The translations under genes and the position numbers were made by a program. This document shows, one piece after another, positions 12,790 through 25,560 of a DNA stretch of 64,000 bases. The notes beneath the pieces were generated by a model. That model was not told the origin of the DNA. It made no database searches and saw nothing but the letters and a program-made list of their open reading frames with translations. Position 1 is the first letter of the stretch, and every line of letters starts with the position of its first letter. This stretch comes from Lama guanicoe (Eukaryota): the NCBI GenBank assembly GCA_013239625.1, contig MU053652.1, positions 2,172,001 to 2,236,000 on the forward strand, read 5' to 3'.

Positions 12790-13415
12790 AGCAGGTACTG
12801 TTTACTGCCCACACAAACCCATCACCCTCTTCTTCCTGGCCAGTGGATTCCAGTTCGGTTTCCATAGTCTCACTTTTCTTGGGGCCATCTCCTTGAGAAA
12901 GGTGACCTTATCTCTATCGTCCTTTCCTAGGAGGGCAAGGCATGGATCTCAATGGGTCTATGGGGATCCCATTCTTCTTCCATCATTGGGTTCAATAGGG
13001 TTGTGTGACCTAGTCTTAGCCAAGAAGATGTGAGAGGAATGATAGGCGGCTTCTACCAAAAATAAATAAATAAATAAAGATTTTCTATTGATAATTGAAA
13101 TAAGAAATAAATTAAAAATAGAATCCTGGGAGAAAATGGTCCCTTCTCTTCAGCTGGATGATATCATGTATGCATGGGATGCCTGGAACTATGGCAGCTA
13201 TCTTGTGACCATGAGGGACAAGACCATAGGGATGACAGTGAACAATGATGAATAGATTCTGGGTTCCAGATGACATGATTGAACAGGTATTAATCAACCT
13301 GGAACCCCCTACTTACTTTCAGGATTCTTGCTATGTAATTTAAAACTTTTTTCCTTCATTTGATATATATTTATTTAGGTTTTCATTCTTTGTAGCTGGA
13401 CATGTCCTAAATGAC
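12790..13415 (+). mobile_element. Old MaLR solo LTR (MLT1J/K-like)
   Basis: gtgacctagtcttagccaagaagatgtgag; gatgcctggaactatggcagctatcttgtgaccatgaggg; ends ttgtagctggacatgtcctaaatgaca. Confidence 0.7.
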
Positions 13416-14601
13416 AAACAGGGTTTTGTCTATTGTAGGTGTGCCTTATGGGTTTTCTCCGACTAAATGTTGGGCACAGGGCAGACAGGCAGGCAGATCC
13501 CCTTGGAACTGAGCTAACTAGATTGCTTGTAAAAAATGTGAGTGGCCCAAAAGATTAAAAAAATAGGGGCATCCTGATGTTTCTAAGGTCCAATTCTCAC
13601 TCTGTCCCTGAATGTGACTTTGGCAGGATGGAATACAAGAAATAAGGCATTGAGGAGAAAAATTTTGACCTTGGTTGCATCACAGACTAAAGAAACTTAA
13701 TTTAGACCACCTACTTGGAACCAATCCCAAATAAAATTGGGACATAAGAAAAGTTTGTCTTTGGTGAACCAAAATTCTTCTGTATAAACCTGTACAACTC
13801 TTTGATGACAAGTTCATCCCAGGTAATTGTTCTGTAACCCATTTTTTATCTCTTATTTTATGCTCAAGAAAAAAAGGGGGCCTACCTATAAATAGGAATA
13901 TTTGCATTTTAATCATTTTAAAAACAACTCGTATAGGCAGAAGAATGAATCTCTAATGGTAGAATTTCAGACTGTCTCAGTTCTAGATGGCATACTTTTA
14001 GACAGATTGATGTTCCTAATATCCCATTATATCAGTAGCCACCAATTTCTCCTGCTTGAAGGCAGACCTCACTCCTGCCTTACTTTGCTGTGAGAGGTAA
14101 GCTTCTTAGCTGTCATGACTCTGCCCACTCTCTGCCCCAAGTCAGATCTTGGCTGACTCTATTGGCTAGTGGATATTTTTGTCTGTCCCCATTAAAAAGG
14201 TCTGAGCTGGTAAAAGGGAAAGAAGCTGGTAAGAAGGCCTGCAGGCAGGGGTCTCACAGTGACCTATTCCCTCTCTACCGCCCAGAAGAAAGAAACTGCT
14301 ATGGGACTTCTTGCCCTGGAACCAAAGCCACTGGAATGCAGCCCTTTGTGGGGTTACCACAGGGAGTCATATTTCCCATTTCAGCTCCACTAGACTGGGT
14401 TCACTTGGCTTCCTATACGGTCCCTGCTGTATCCATGAGGCCTCTGAGGGCTGTGGGCTTCCTGCCCACCAGCCCCCAACTTAAGGTGCCTGGTGGTTCC
14501 CAGTCTCTAGGAAGCATCATTTTAAAGCGGAAAGATCCTGGGCCACACACCTCTGGTCCTATAGCTTTCAAGAAATACCTGGGCCTGTTGGGATAAAAGT
14601 C

Positions 14602-14794
14602 CACTGTCCAACTTTCTGTAATGACAGAAATGTCCCACACCTGTGCTGTTCAATACACAGCCACCCGCCACACGTGGCTATGAATGGTTCATGCAGCTGA
14701 AAAACAGTATTTTTAGCTTTATTTAATCTTAATGAATTAAAATTTGATTCAAAGATCCACACGTGGCCAATGGCTACCATATTATGCGGAACAG
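14602..14794 (-). mobile_element. MER3 (hAT-Charlie) DNA transposon relic
   Basis: cactgtccaactttctgtaatgacagaaatgt...gccacacgtggcta...ccacacgtggccaatggctaccatatt. Confidence 0.8.
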
Positions 14795-15589
14795 GAAAAG
14801 TTAAGGCCTCCCGCAGCCTGTACCAGGGAACCCCAGGCAATGGGGGAGAATGTGCCAGCCGCCCCAGGAAGAAAACGTCGAGGAAAGACAGCTAACTGTC
14901 AAAAGTCTCTCTCCACTAAGTGCCCTTTTCCTGCTAAAAGTTCCAAGCACCACTGGGCTACACAAACCCAGAGACATGTAGACAAAGAAATGCCTACACA
15001 TATGTGTCACCTCAAGAAGCCGAAAGAGTGGGACCAGGGCTAGGGAAACACACTCATCAGGTCTACAGAACAGAGAGCCTACAACCCTGTCATTTTTCAC
15101 TTAAGTCCTGCAGGGATTTAATGCTGTAAAAGAGACTAAGGTAACTATTAAACCTCTATGGGTACAGACTTTGTGTATATTACGAATTGAAACCTTGCCT
15201 GCCCTCTGCTTTGAGGGGGGTCCCCGCCGTGGGACCATCTTACAGGTCGAAACTTCAGTGTAATAAGATCCTTCTGGTTTTCAAAGTGCCTGGGCTGGGA
15301 TCCAAGTCAGCCTTGTCTGCTATCACATCACATCAAGGTAAAGCGAGGTGCTGGCAGTTCTGAGGTTGGTGAGAGCAGAGGCATTAGCCTCGCGTTTGCA
15401 CTTAGCGCAGGTCATCTATGTGATTTCGGGAGGCTGTTCCAGGAAGGAAGGCTGGGTGTTTGGCAGATGATGAGTGTGAGGCACTCATTCCAGGCAGAGA
15501 GAGCAGGGAGAGGGTACCACGATCACTGGGGGAGGCGACAGTGGGATGGGACTCACACTACCCACCCTCCCCCAATCTGTTCCCCATCT

Positions 15590-16400
15590 CAAGAAGACAC
15601 CCAACCACCTACTCACACTCCCCAGAGAGAAATCCGGCAGGCATCACCTCAGATGCCTCCTGGACACTTCCTTTTCCCTTACTCCACATCAAACCGGTCT
15701 TCGAGCCCTATTGGTTCTACACCAGGAATGTCTCCAAACCTCCCCCCCCACCACGCATCCTGGCCTGCACTGCCTCCTCAGGGACCGTGAGCATTCCTCC
15801 CCCGGGACTCCACCAGCACCCAATCACCATCTTCCATCTCTCAGTCCATTCTCCCTCACTTGCCGGAGGTACCAGACTAAAAACATTCTCGTGCTAAACG
15901 GAGGTTCCATTTAGCCTAAAGGACAGTGCCAACACTCCTCCGTGTGGCAAGCAAGGCTTCTAAGGAGCTGGCCACAACGTTTCTCTCCAACCTCCCCTCA
16001 AACATGTCTACCCACATGGACAGTCGCCAGTACTTCTCACCTCCACTCTCCATGCGTGTGTCTCTGCACACACCACCCCGTGCATACTCTTCTCTTCCCT
16101 ACGAGCTCCTATTCATCCTAACACCCAGCTCTACCGTCCCCTCCTCTGGGAAGCATTTTTGGATACAGCTAGAATTGGATGCTTCCCTTCTCTGGGCTCC
16201 CACAAACACCTGTGCAGATTGTGTTTATTTGTTCCAAGTTCTGTCTTCTTTTATGATGGGGAACTCTGAGCTCCCCAATGCCTGGGAATATGGTCTCTTA
16301 GTCATTTCTATTTCCCTCCTGCCCTGCATGTGCCTGGAATATAATGGGTACTTGATGGATGAATGAATGAATGAACGAACGAAAGAACGAACGAACGAAC
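15590..16400 (+). mobile_element. L2 LINE 3' portion ending in a (TGAA)n/(CGAA)n tail
   Basis: Pyrimidine-rich L2 sequence ending gtgcctggaatataatgggtacttgatggatgaatgaatgaatgaacgaacg. Confidence 0.7.
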
Positions 16401-16447
16401 GAACACATGAAAAGTAGGTTCATTGGACTAAAACCACAGGGCTGGAC

Positions 16448-16620
16448 CTGAGCTTCTCAAGCCTTAATATGCCCATGAATCACCCAAGAATCGTGTTAAA
16501 ATGCATATTCTGACTCAGTGGGTCAGGGTGGGGCCTGAGAGTCTGCATTTCTATCAAGCTCCCACGTGATGGTGACGCACTGAGCACACATCACGTTGAC
16601 CACACTTTCAGTAGCGCAGA
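16448..16620. mobile_element. MER5-family (hAT-Charlie) relic
   Basis: gaatcacc...tgttaaaatgcatattctgactcagtgggtcagggtggggcctgagagtctgcatttcta...accacacttt. Confidence 0.8.
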
Positions 16621-16719
16621 CGGAGCCCCTGTAGGTGGGGGAAAACCAAAACCAAAAAAACCTTGTCCATCATTCAGCCTTCTAGCAGAACACCCCTTGG
16701 TTATTCAAAATGCTGCTCT

Positions 16720-17223
16720 ATACTACTCAGCCATAAAAAAGAATAAAATAATGCGATCTGAGCAACAATGGATGGACCTAGAGATTGTCATACTAAGTGA
16801 AGTAAGCCAGAAAGAGAAAGAAAAACACTATATGATATCACTTATATGTGGAATCCTTTAAAAAAAAAGACAAATGAACTTATTTACAAAGCAGAAACAG
16901 ACTCACAGACATAGAAAAACAAACTTACGGTTACCAGAGGGTATACGGGGTGGGGAGGGATAAATCAGGAGTTCAGGATTTGCAGATACTACTATATATA
17001 AAATAGATAAACAGCAAGGTCCTATAGCACAGGGAACTATATTCAATACCCTGTAATAGCCTATAATGAAAAGGAATATATAATTATACACATAACTGAA
17101 TCACTATGCTGTACACCAGAAACTAACACAACATTGTACACTGATTATATTCATTTAAAAAATAATAAAACTAAAAATTAAAAAAATAAAGTTAGATTTT
17201 CACTGTTGATTTAAAAAAAAAAG
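16720..17223 (+). mobile_element. Camelid/artiodactyl-type L1 3' end
   Basis: tactactcagccataaaaaagaat...agtgaagtaagccagaaagagaaag...; candidate TSD aaaatgctgc (16707) / aaaatgatgc (17224). Confidence 0.92.
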
Positions 17224-17235
17224 AAAATGATGCAA

Positions 17236-17558
17236 TATTTCAAACTTTTTCATTATTATTTACTGGTTATGTGATCTGTGGCCAGTGATCTTTGATGTTA
17301 CTATTGCAAAAAGATTATGACTCCCTGAAGGCTCCAGTGACAGTTAGCATTTCTTAGCAGTAAAGTATTTTTAATTAAGGTATGTATTTTGCTTTTTAGA
17401 CCTAATGCTATTGCACACTCAATAGACTACAGTATAGTATAAACATAACTTACATGTGTACTGGGAAACCAAAAATGTTGTGTGACTCACTTTACTGCAC
17501 TAACCACTTTATTGTGGCAGACTGGAACCCAACCCACAATATTTCTGGGGTATGCCTG
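17236..17558 (+). mobile_element. Tigger1-derived (TcMar-Tigger) relic, right end
   Basis: ctgaaggctc...gttagcatt...aatgctattgcacact...ctgggaaaccaaaaa; ends in TIR-like cacaatatttctggggtatgcctg. Confidence 0.85.
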
Positions 17559-17659
17559 TGATAGAATCTATCAGAGAGATGGAAGGAAGGAAAGTAGGAG
17601 AGAAGGAAGGAAGGAGAGGAAAGTGGGAGAGAGGGGGATAAGAGAGAGGAGAAAGAAAA

Positions 17660-17800
17660 AGGCGTATTTTATCAAAGTGTTGATAGTGGTTATCTCCAGG
17701 GGATGGGATTGCAGGCACTTAAATTTTTTTCTTTGGAAGTATTTGAATTTTCTACAGTAATCCTGCATTCTTTTAAAATATTAAAGTTATTTTTATCTTT
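17660..17800 (+). mobile_element. Ancient L1 (L1ME/MC-like) 3' end
   Basis: atcaaagtgttgatagtggttatctccaggggatgggattgcagg...gaattttctacagtaa. Confidence 0.6.
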
Positions 17801-17880
17801 AAATGAACCCTCCCATTTGCCTAAGAATACACTTGCTGTTTACTATACCTCTTAAAAACAAGGTGGCAGCTCAGTTGGGG

Positions 17881-18082
17881 GTCCTGGGCCCCCCATCAGG
17901 GGTCGGTGCTGGGCCCCCATCAGGGGTCGGTCCTGGGCCCCCCATCAAGGGTCGGTCCTGGACCCCCCCATCAAGGGTCAGTCCTGGGCCCCCATCAGGG
18001 GTCAGTCCTGGGCCCCTCATCAGGGGTCGGTCCTGGGCCCCCATCAGGGGTCAGTCCTGGGCCTCCCATCAGCGGTTGGTCC
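17881..18082. repeat. GC-rich minisatellite, ~8 copies of a 24-26 bp unit
   Basis: Unit gtcctgggcccccatcaggggtc(g/a) repeated in tandem with variable C-run length. Confidence 0.95.
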
Positions 18083-19279
18083 ATAGCCTTTTGAGAAGGG
18101 ATATTACAAGGTCAGGCAATAGTTGTGAGAAGCCCCAGTTCAAGCAGCTGCCACTTCCCAGAAAAGATGCTCGGAACTTCCCAGACATGTGAGTCGTCCA
18201 TCCTTGCCACTGACTGCACAACTTGTGGGGTACCAGTGACAAGACAAGAGGTGACCCTGGGCCCTAGGATGGGGCCAAACACGGTAGCTAAAATAAGCCT
18301 GTGGGTTTACAGAGGGATCCGTGCCTGTTCTCATCCCTGACTGACAGACCCATTAGATTTGCATTCCTGTCATGTCCTCTGGCTTCTCCCCAGGGCTCCT
18401 TCTTTCTGCACCACATTTTTTCACTCTCTCCTCCTTTAAAATAGTTTATTTTAAGTCGCTAAGACATTGTCCTTAGTAAGTCCTTCTTTCTTATACCACA
18501 GGAACACAGATCATCCTGAATATTTCAGCTTTTCAAACGGGAATACAGGCAGAGCAGAGTAAGGACCAGGGACAGAGAGGCACAAGGGTCACGTTCCAGC
18601 CCTGAACCTGGGAGATCCACGCTCTGGAAGAAGACCTCTGGCCTCGTTTCTCTCTGTGCGTCTCTCTCATTCCTTTGGAAACCAGAACCCAAGGGTCTTG
18701 TAAACAGAGGTCTAAAAGAGGGGAATGTGCATCCAAGAGCAGATGGGCTCTCCTGCCCAATCCAGCACCGTGGGCTCCATGAGCTGGGGCCAGGGTGCTG
18801 ATAAACAAGGCCCACGGTCACACAGTGAGTGTATGTTGGGGGCACCAAGCTGCCGTAACAAGTAGACAAAGCATTCAGTTGCTTGAAGAATAAGCAGTCT
18901 ATTCCTCTCTTGTGCAATGGTTGAGGGCCGGGCTCTCAGGTTGAAGGCACAGCCCTGCTCCACTTGGTCACGTGGGACCCAAGCCAGGAGTTGTTCTACC
19001 ACCTCCAGTGCCTGGCTTTCAAGTTTGCCCCGGGCATGGCCTTTCCAGGCAGCCAGAAGGGAGGAAGGGTGTGGAGGAGCACAGCGGGAGGTTTCAACAG
19101 CCCAGGTCGGAAGGGTCCCTCCCTCATCCTTTCTGTTCAAAGTCCCATGTCCAAATCTAACAGCATGACAGGGAAACTATTCCAGCTGCAAGCCAGGAAG
19201 GAGAGGGTACATTTTGATGGACAGATACACAGTCTCCACCATACTTCATCACCTAGAGTCAGACCCCAAATTTTAGGTT

Positions 19280-19375
19280 CATAAATGATTACTGAGCACC
19301 TATTATGTGCCAGGCACCACTCAAGGCACTAGAGACTCAAAAATGAATAAGATATAGTCCCTGCCCTCAAGGGGT
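19280..19375 (-). mobile_element. L2 3' end fragment
   Basis: tactgagcacctattatgtgccaggcac...aatgaataagatatagtccctgccctcaagg. Confidence 0.8.
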
Positions 19376-19837
19376 CCCTACACAGGGGAGGCTCTCACTG
19401 CGGAGAGTAACTGAGACCAGCAGCACAGGGTGCGGGAAGGAGGGAACACAGGCAACCCAGCCGTGTACACTCAGCATTGCACCACAGACAGTAAGAAAGG
19501 GGATCTGTGTCCCACAGGAGGGCAAACAGGGACTTGTGGAAATCTGTGGGTGATTTCCTTGGGCACACATCTGTGAGCAGAGTGCCGCAGACGAGGGGTG
19601 TGTGTGTGTTTGAATGTGCATGTGCCCACGTGTGAGCACACAGGTACTCACGGGCTTGAGTGTGTGAGCTTGTGAGAGAAAAGAAATTAAATGTCGGTCA
19701 AGACTATTCAACATCCTCAACTAACACAAGCATTCCCTTTCTATTCTGAAGTCCAAAGGCTGCAGCATCCTGATCTACAGGTCTAAGTAGCTGCAAATGA
19801 ACTTGATTCCTCCCTTTAATCTTCTCTCTCATTCTGA

Positions 19838-20435
19838 CGAAAACACTAATTCAAAAAGACACCAGCACCCCCATGTTCACAGCAGCACTATTTACAACAG
19901 CCAAGACGTGGAAGCAACCTGAACGTCCATCGACAGATGACTGGATAAAGAAGTTGTGGTATATGTATACAATGGAATATTACTCAGCCACAAAAAGGAA
20001 TGAAATAATGCCATTGGCAGCCACATGGAAGGACCTAGAGATTATCATACTAAGCGAAGTAAGTCAGACAGAGAAAGGCAAATATCATAGGACGTCACTT
20101 ATATGTGGAATCTAACAAAATAATATGAGTGAATTTATTTACAAAACAGAAACAGACTTACAGACAGAAAACAAACTTATGGTTACCAGAGGGGAAAGCA
20201 GGGTGGATGGATGAATTAGGAGTATGGGATTAACAGACATATGCCATTATACATAAAACAGATAAATGACAAAGATTTACTGTATAGCAGAAGGAACTAC
20301 ATTCAATATCTCATAATAACCTATAATGGAAAAAGAATCTGAAAAAGTATATGTGTGTACATATATCCTCCAATCACTTTGCTATACACCTGAAACTAAC
20401 ACGTTACAAATCAACTATACTTCAATTTAATAAAT
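19838..20435 (+). mobile_element. Artiodactyl-type L1 3' end
   Basis: ORF 19873-20115 (MFTAALFTTAKTWKQPERPSTDDWIKKLWYMYTMEYYSATKRNEIMPLAATWKDLEIIILSEVSQTEK) followed by 3' UTR. Confidence 0.95.
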
Positions 20436-21897
20436 CAAGAGGCTACAAAAAACATACATATATATGTACATATTCTATCTTATTCTTGGATTTCTGCACA
20501 GAACGACTCAGTTCCACATTCCAGAACTTAATGAGATCCTCTCCCACAACCCTCTAACCAACGTCTCAGCCTCTCCTTGTGCCTCAATCCCACATCACGA
20601 CAGTGAGAGAACAGCCGCCGCCACCGAGTAGGGCGTAGTGACCAGAGGTCCAGGCCCAGGAGGAAATGTCCAGTCTCCACAGGAGCTGGAAGGAAATGCA
20701 TCTGTTTTCAATGTTTTTTCAAAGATTCAGACAAACGGGCCTTCTGGGAGGGCTCACAGCTCACACAGCATCGGCCTGGACCAAACCATTTCCCACAGAG
20801 CAGGCAAGCAGACAGCAGAAACAGGAGTTAAGATGTAGGAAAATAAGAAAAGTCCCAAGATGATGGAGGACACTGCACAGCTTAATAAAGTCACGGAGAG
20901 TCGGGCGTCCTCATAGGAGGCTGGGGCTGGAGGAGTGGGCCACAGAGGGGCAACAAGGGGTAACTGGTTATAAGCTGAGGGTTTCATGAACTTTCAGTAT
21001 TTTGGGACAAAGAGCAAAGGATCTGAGGCATTTGGTTCCAAGGCGCAAACAAAAGCCACCGCAAGATAAGATGAGCCCTTCCCACGCAGGCCCCTCAGAG
21101 AGATGCTCAGGTCATCTCTCAGTGACCCCACTCCAACCCCCAGCACTTCCTGCTGGCCAGCCTCACACTACCACACAGGCTTCCTCCTGCTTCCAGGCTG
21201 AAGGATGGAGAAGCGGGGGGAAAGGGCACAGCGCCTCCTCGGCGATCAGCCAGGTGGGGCCACCCTCACCTCTGAGTCTGGTTGCTCTGGGGGAACAGGG
21301 AAACCCACAGTCATACTAATTGAATAATAGAAGTAATCACGATTCTCCCCACCTGCACAAAGCTGTTTAGCAAGACCCTATTGTTTCTGCTGTCACCCCC
21401 ACCCCACGTCCCTGGGTAGCTGGCCAAGGAAGGGAGGAAAATCTCCCCACTCCATCCTTCATCTGCCCAGACTAAGGCCCACGAGGGGCCCTCCCCCTCA
21501 GCAGAGGAAGACGAGTGCACAGAGTCCAGCCCCTTCCAACCACTGGCACGTGTGGCCTTTGCTGGGCTGTGCCCTTCCCATTTTCTAGCGGGCGGTGTGC
21601 TCCTGGGATGGCCCTGCCCTGGAAGGAGGCACTGTCCGCTCCCTGGGGCTGGAGGGATCCTCAGAGGACGGTCAACAACTGCTCCTGCCTCTGGGAAGGA
21701 CAGGCAGCTCCCGAGTCGTTGCGGGCAGATGGGAGCCTGTCCTATTTTTTCAAAATATCCGCAAGAAATGCCACCATCTGCTTAGGTAGTCAAATGTGTC
21801 TGATGATCTGACAAGGCCAAACAGGAAACTGCGACGGCACCGTTTGCTGCTGGGACCAGCAACCCGAGGGAACACAAAGAATCCTTTCTATCTGAAT

Positions 21898-22087
21898 CAC
21901 GTTTTCCAAGGCACGTGGCAATTTCTGGAGACATTTTTGGTTGTCACAACTGGGTGAGGGGTGCTCCTGGCATCTGGGGGCAGAGGCCAGAGATGCCACT
22001 AAACATCCCACAGTGCACAGGGCAGCCCCCTCACAGCAAAGAATTCTCTGCCCCCAAATGTCAGGGATGTCAGATTGAGAAACCCGG
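21898..22087 (+). mobile_element. MER20 (hAT-Charlie) relic
   Basis: ggcaatttctggagacatttttggttgtcacaactggg...ggcagaggccagagatgccactaaacatcc...ttgagaaaccc. Confidence 0.9.
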
Positions 22088-22849
22088 CTCTAATGGAACT
22101 TCTCGTCACCTGAGAGGCCCCAAGGATAACTTTAAAGGTGGAGGTGCTGAGTAGGAGTCCTGACAGGCTTGAGTAACCACTGCCCTAGAGAAATTTCCCC
22201 CAAATTTCAGTGATCATGAGAATCACCAAGGTGCTTATGGAAGCTTCCGTTTCTTCATCCCCTTCCCAGGAGATTCTGACTCAGGGTTTTTTTTTCCTTT
22301 TTCTGTTTAATTTTCTTTTCTTTTTCCCTCTTCTTCTTCCTGGGAAGGGCCAAGAGGGTCAGGAGGGAACCACGCAGCTCCTCATAAGCAAATCCCTGAG
22401 GGGAGCATAGGTAATCTTCTGTGACCGGTACATTTCCTCATTCTCCTGTCCAAAGCCTCTTCGGAGGAGCTGAACAATATTACATGGGGCTGAACCTCCA
22501 GCACAGATTCTGCTAAACACAGGTTTTCAGCTCAGGGTAGTAATACCCTACCTGCCTGTACCACAGTGATAAAAAGCCATCTAGACGAAGGTGTGCTTTC
22601 CCAGTGTTTAATAATCAGCATTTCAGCAGAACCTGGTTAGAAACTTGATTTTCTGGAGAGGGCCCCTGAGGACCAGTCTTTCCGTAATAACTGAAGAGCC
22701 ATATGCCACACAGGTGACCCTCCATTGACACAAGACAAGTGAAGACACAGCGTGGGTCCTGAGAACAGCCTGACCTACCGATCAGGCCCAGTCCTGCACA
22801 GTCCTCGGTGCTGCACCACGTGCAACCCCACGTGTCGGTGCTGCTGTTA

Positions 22850-22990
22850 CCGTCACTGTCAGTGAGGAAACTGAGGCACAGAGCAGCCATGCATCTTGCT
22901 CAAGGTCCCCGTAGCTAGTGAGTGGCCAGACCAGGATCTAAAGCCAAGGGGCGTGGACGTCTAAGGAGAGAAACCGAGTCCTGTTCATTC
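22850..22990 (-). mobile_element. MIR SINE
   Basis: gtgaggaaactgaggcacagag...cttgctcaaggtc...gctagtgagtggc. Confidence 0.8.
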
Positions 22991-23069
22991 GCGCTGCAGC
23001 CCCTCCCCTCCCCCCAAGGCCGGGAGCACAGACAGACTCACTCATGTCACCTAAGCAGTTACAGTGTGA

Positions 23070-23312
23070 GAAGCACCATGGGGTCGAGAAAAGAGCATGA
23101 GCTTTGGAGTCCGATGGACTTGGGGGGAATCCTGGCTCCTCCATCCAATAGCTGTGTGATCCTGGACAAGCTTACTTCTCTAACCCTTAGTTTCTTCGGC
23201 TGTGAAAATGTGAACACATTTCACACACTATTTTACGGAAAAAATGGGAGAGTACCTGTCATAAAACCACTAGCATGGGACCAGGCTCTCTAGGTCCTCA
23301 CTAAATATTTAT
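23070..23312 (+). mobile_element. MIR SINE
   Basis: aaagagcatgagctttggagtc...aatcctggctcc...tagctgtgtgatcctggacaag. Confidence 0.8.
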
Positions 23313-24778
23313 TCTCTTCCCTCTTCCTCACTTCTTGTGGAAGAACTTTGTCACCAACTCCTCGACCGAGGAATCTTCCTCTCATGTCAGAAATCATCCC
23401 GCAAGGCCGTCCGTTTGCTCCAACACAGGCTGACTGGTGCACAAAACCAGGGGCTGGTTATTCTCTGTGTTGGATTTGCCTCCAACCTTCCTTCAGCCCA
23501 TGTGGGAGTGTCTACTATGTGCCTGACTGTTCCAAGCCCTTGGATACTTCAGTGGACAGACCAAGATGGGCTGCCGTCCTTCCAGAGCACACAGTCCACA
23601 CTCAACAGCAAACTGTGGCTGGCTGCTGATCCGTGGAGTAGTTCTGCAGGGCCACACTCACGTGGTTCTACCTGGAGGAGTGTTCTGGTCTCTGGGGATT
23701 TGAGGGGACTTGATAACCACCCTTGGAGCCATTCTCTTGGTTTGGAGTTTCTTTTGTAAGGACCAGAGTTAGGCTCGGATCAGCTGTTAACACCTGGGAG
23801 TGAAAGAATTTATGCAAGAAGGAAGGCAGCACCACACCCTGTCTCCTATCCACCGACCCAAGACCTGTAATGTGTCTCCCAAGTGACAGGGAGCTGGGTC
23901 ACCATTTCTGTCACAAGGGGGGAGAGGACAGGAGAAAAAGCCTCCATCTGAAGTGGGTCTATGGCCATCACTCTGGTGCCTCAGCCTCGCTCCTGTTCCT
24001 GGACCACGTGAGAGCCGGGGCCAGAGCCCTCTCACTGCTGTGAAGCAGACGTTTAAATTTAAGTTTTAGAAACCAGCCTCCTTTAGAAACCGCAGTACCT
24101 CGCCCCGCTGTCTCCGATGTCATGGATACAGAGAGGAGTCGTTCCTTGCCTTGGGGAGAGAGAGAAGTTGAATCTAGAGACATCACATGGATCATCGGAG
24201 CAGCATCCCCTATATTAAAATAAGAAAAAAACACCCCACCAAAGAGGCAGCACTAAATTAATTGTTTTCCTGATGAACAAAACACAATTAAGCCCCAAAT
24301 GCTGCCACTTGGGGGAAGGCTGGTCTTGATTTTTTTTCTGGGGACCTTTCTAGCAGCGGAGCAATGACAGCTTCATTCTGATCCCAGCAAGGGGGGCCGA
24401 GAGAGAAACAGCACCGCAGACTCATTACCACCACGCTGACTAATTTCTCTCCAGGGAAGCCGGGCCCAGCCTCAGCCAAAGGACACAAGAGCAGAGGGAG
24501 TGCTGTCACTGGGCAGCAGTGAGCACGGCCAAGGGGCAGCCAGCATCCCGGGAGTGGGAGGGGGGAGAGGAGGCGGTGAGAGGTTAGGGCTCTTGGAGGA
24601 CAGGGATCCTAAAAGTCACACTGCTCCTTGTGGAAACTCACCTCTCAAGGAACATCAGTTCAATTGGGAAGGAAAGAAGGAAAGGAGGAAGGGAGGGAAG
24701 AGGGAACGGAGGGAGGAAGGGATTCATTGATGTGCCTTTATGAAACTGCAGAGTAGGGACACTGAAGCACATGTCCCA

Positions 24779-25365
24779 TTTTTTTTTAATTAAATGTCTA
24801 TTTATTTTTTAATTTTCTTAATTGAAGTAGTCAGTTTACAATGTTGTGTTAATTTCTAGTGTACAGCATAGTGATTCAGTTATACGTATATATATTCCTT
24901 TTTATATTCTTTTTCATTATAGGCCATTATAAGGTACTGAATATAGTTCCCTGTGCTGTACAGTAGGCTCTTCTTGTTTATCTATTTTATATATAGTAGT
25001 TAGTATCTACAAATCCCCAGCTCCCAATGTATCCCTCCACCCAGTCTCCCTTTCTCCCCTGGCAACTACAAGCTTGTTTTCTATGTCTGTGAGTCTGTTT
25101 CTGTTTTGCAAATAAGTTCATTTGTCTCATTTTTTAAATGCCACATATAAGTGACAGCATATGGTATTTTTCTTTCTCTTTGTGGCTTACTTCACTTAGT
25201 ATGACAATCTCCAGGTCCATCCATGTTGCTGCACATGGCATTATTTTACTTTTTATGGCTGAGTAGTATTCTATTACATAAATATACCACATCTTCTTTA
25301 TCCAGTCATCTGCCGATGGACATTTAGGTTGCTTCCATGTGTTGGCTGTTGTAAACAGTGCTGTT
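24779..25365 (-). mobile_element. Camelid/artiodactyl-type L1 3' end, antisense
   Basis: Poly-T followed by ttgaagtagtcagtttacaatgttgtgtta...tggcttacttcacttagtatgacaatctccaggtccatcc...catttaggttgcttccatgt. Confidence 0.93.
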
Positions 25366-25389
25366 CATACTTCCCAGTTTTGAAGGCAG

Positions 25390-25560
25390 TAATGATAACA
25401 TTTATTTGCTGAGCATCCACTATATGCCAGGTCCTCTACTAAAGGCATCCGTTGTCTCATTTCACCTTCCCAACAGTCCTGCTCATTTTAAATACAAGCA
25501 AACCTAAGCTTATAGAAATTGAGCAGCTTGTCCAAGATTGCACCTAGGAAGTAGGTTTGC
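25390..25560 (-). mobile_element. MIR SINE
   Basis: aacatttatttgctgagcatccactatatgccagg...gcagcttgtccaagattgcac. Confidence 0.65.

Noticed and set aside
17803..18192. Gly/Pro-rich, collagen-like ORF and CRISPR-like periodicity
   Set aside because: It is a translation of the 24-bp minisatellite. There are no unique spacers, no cas genes and no sustained Gly-X-Y pattern.
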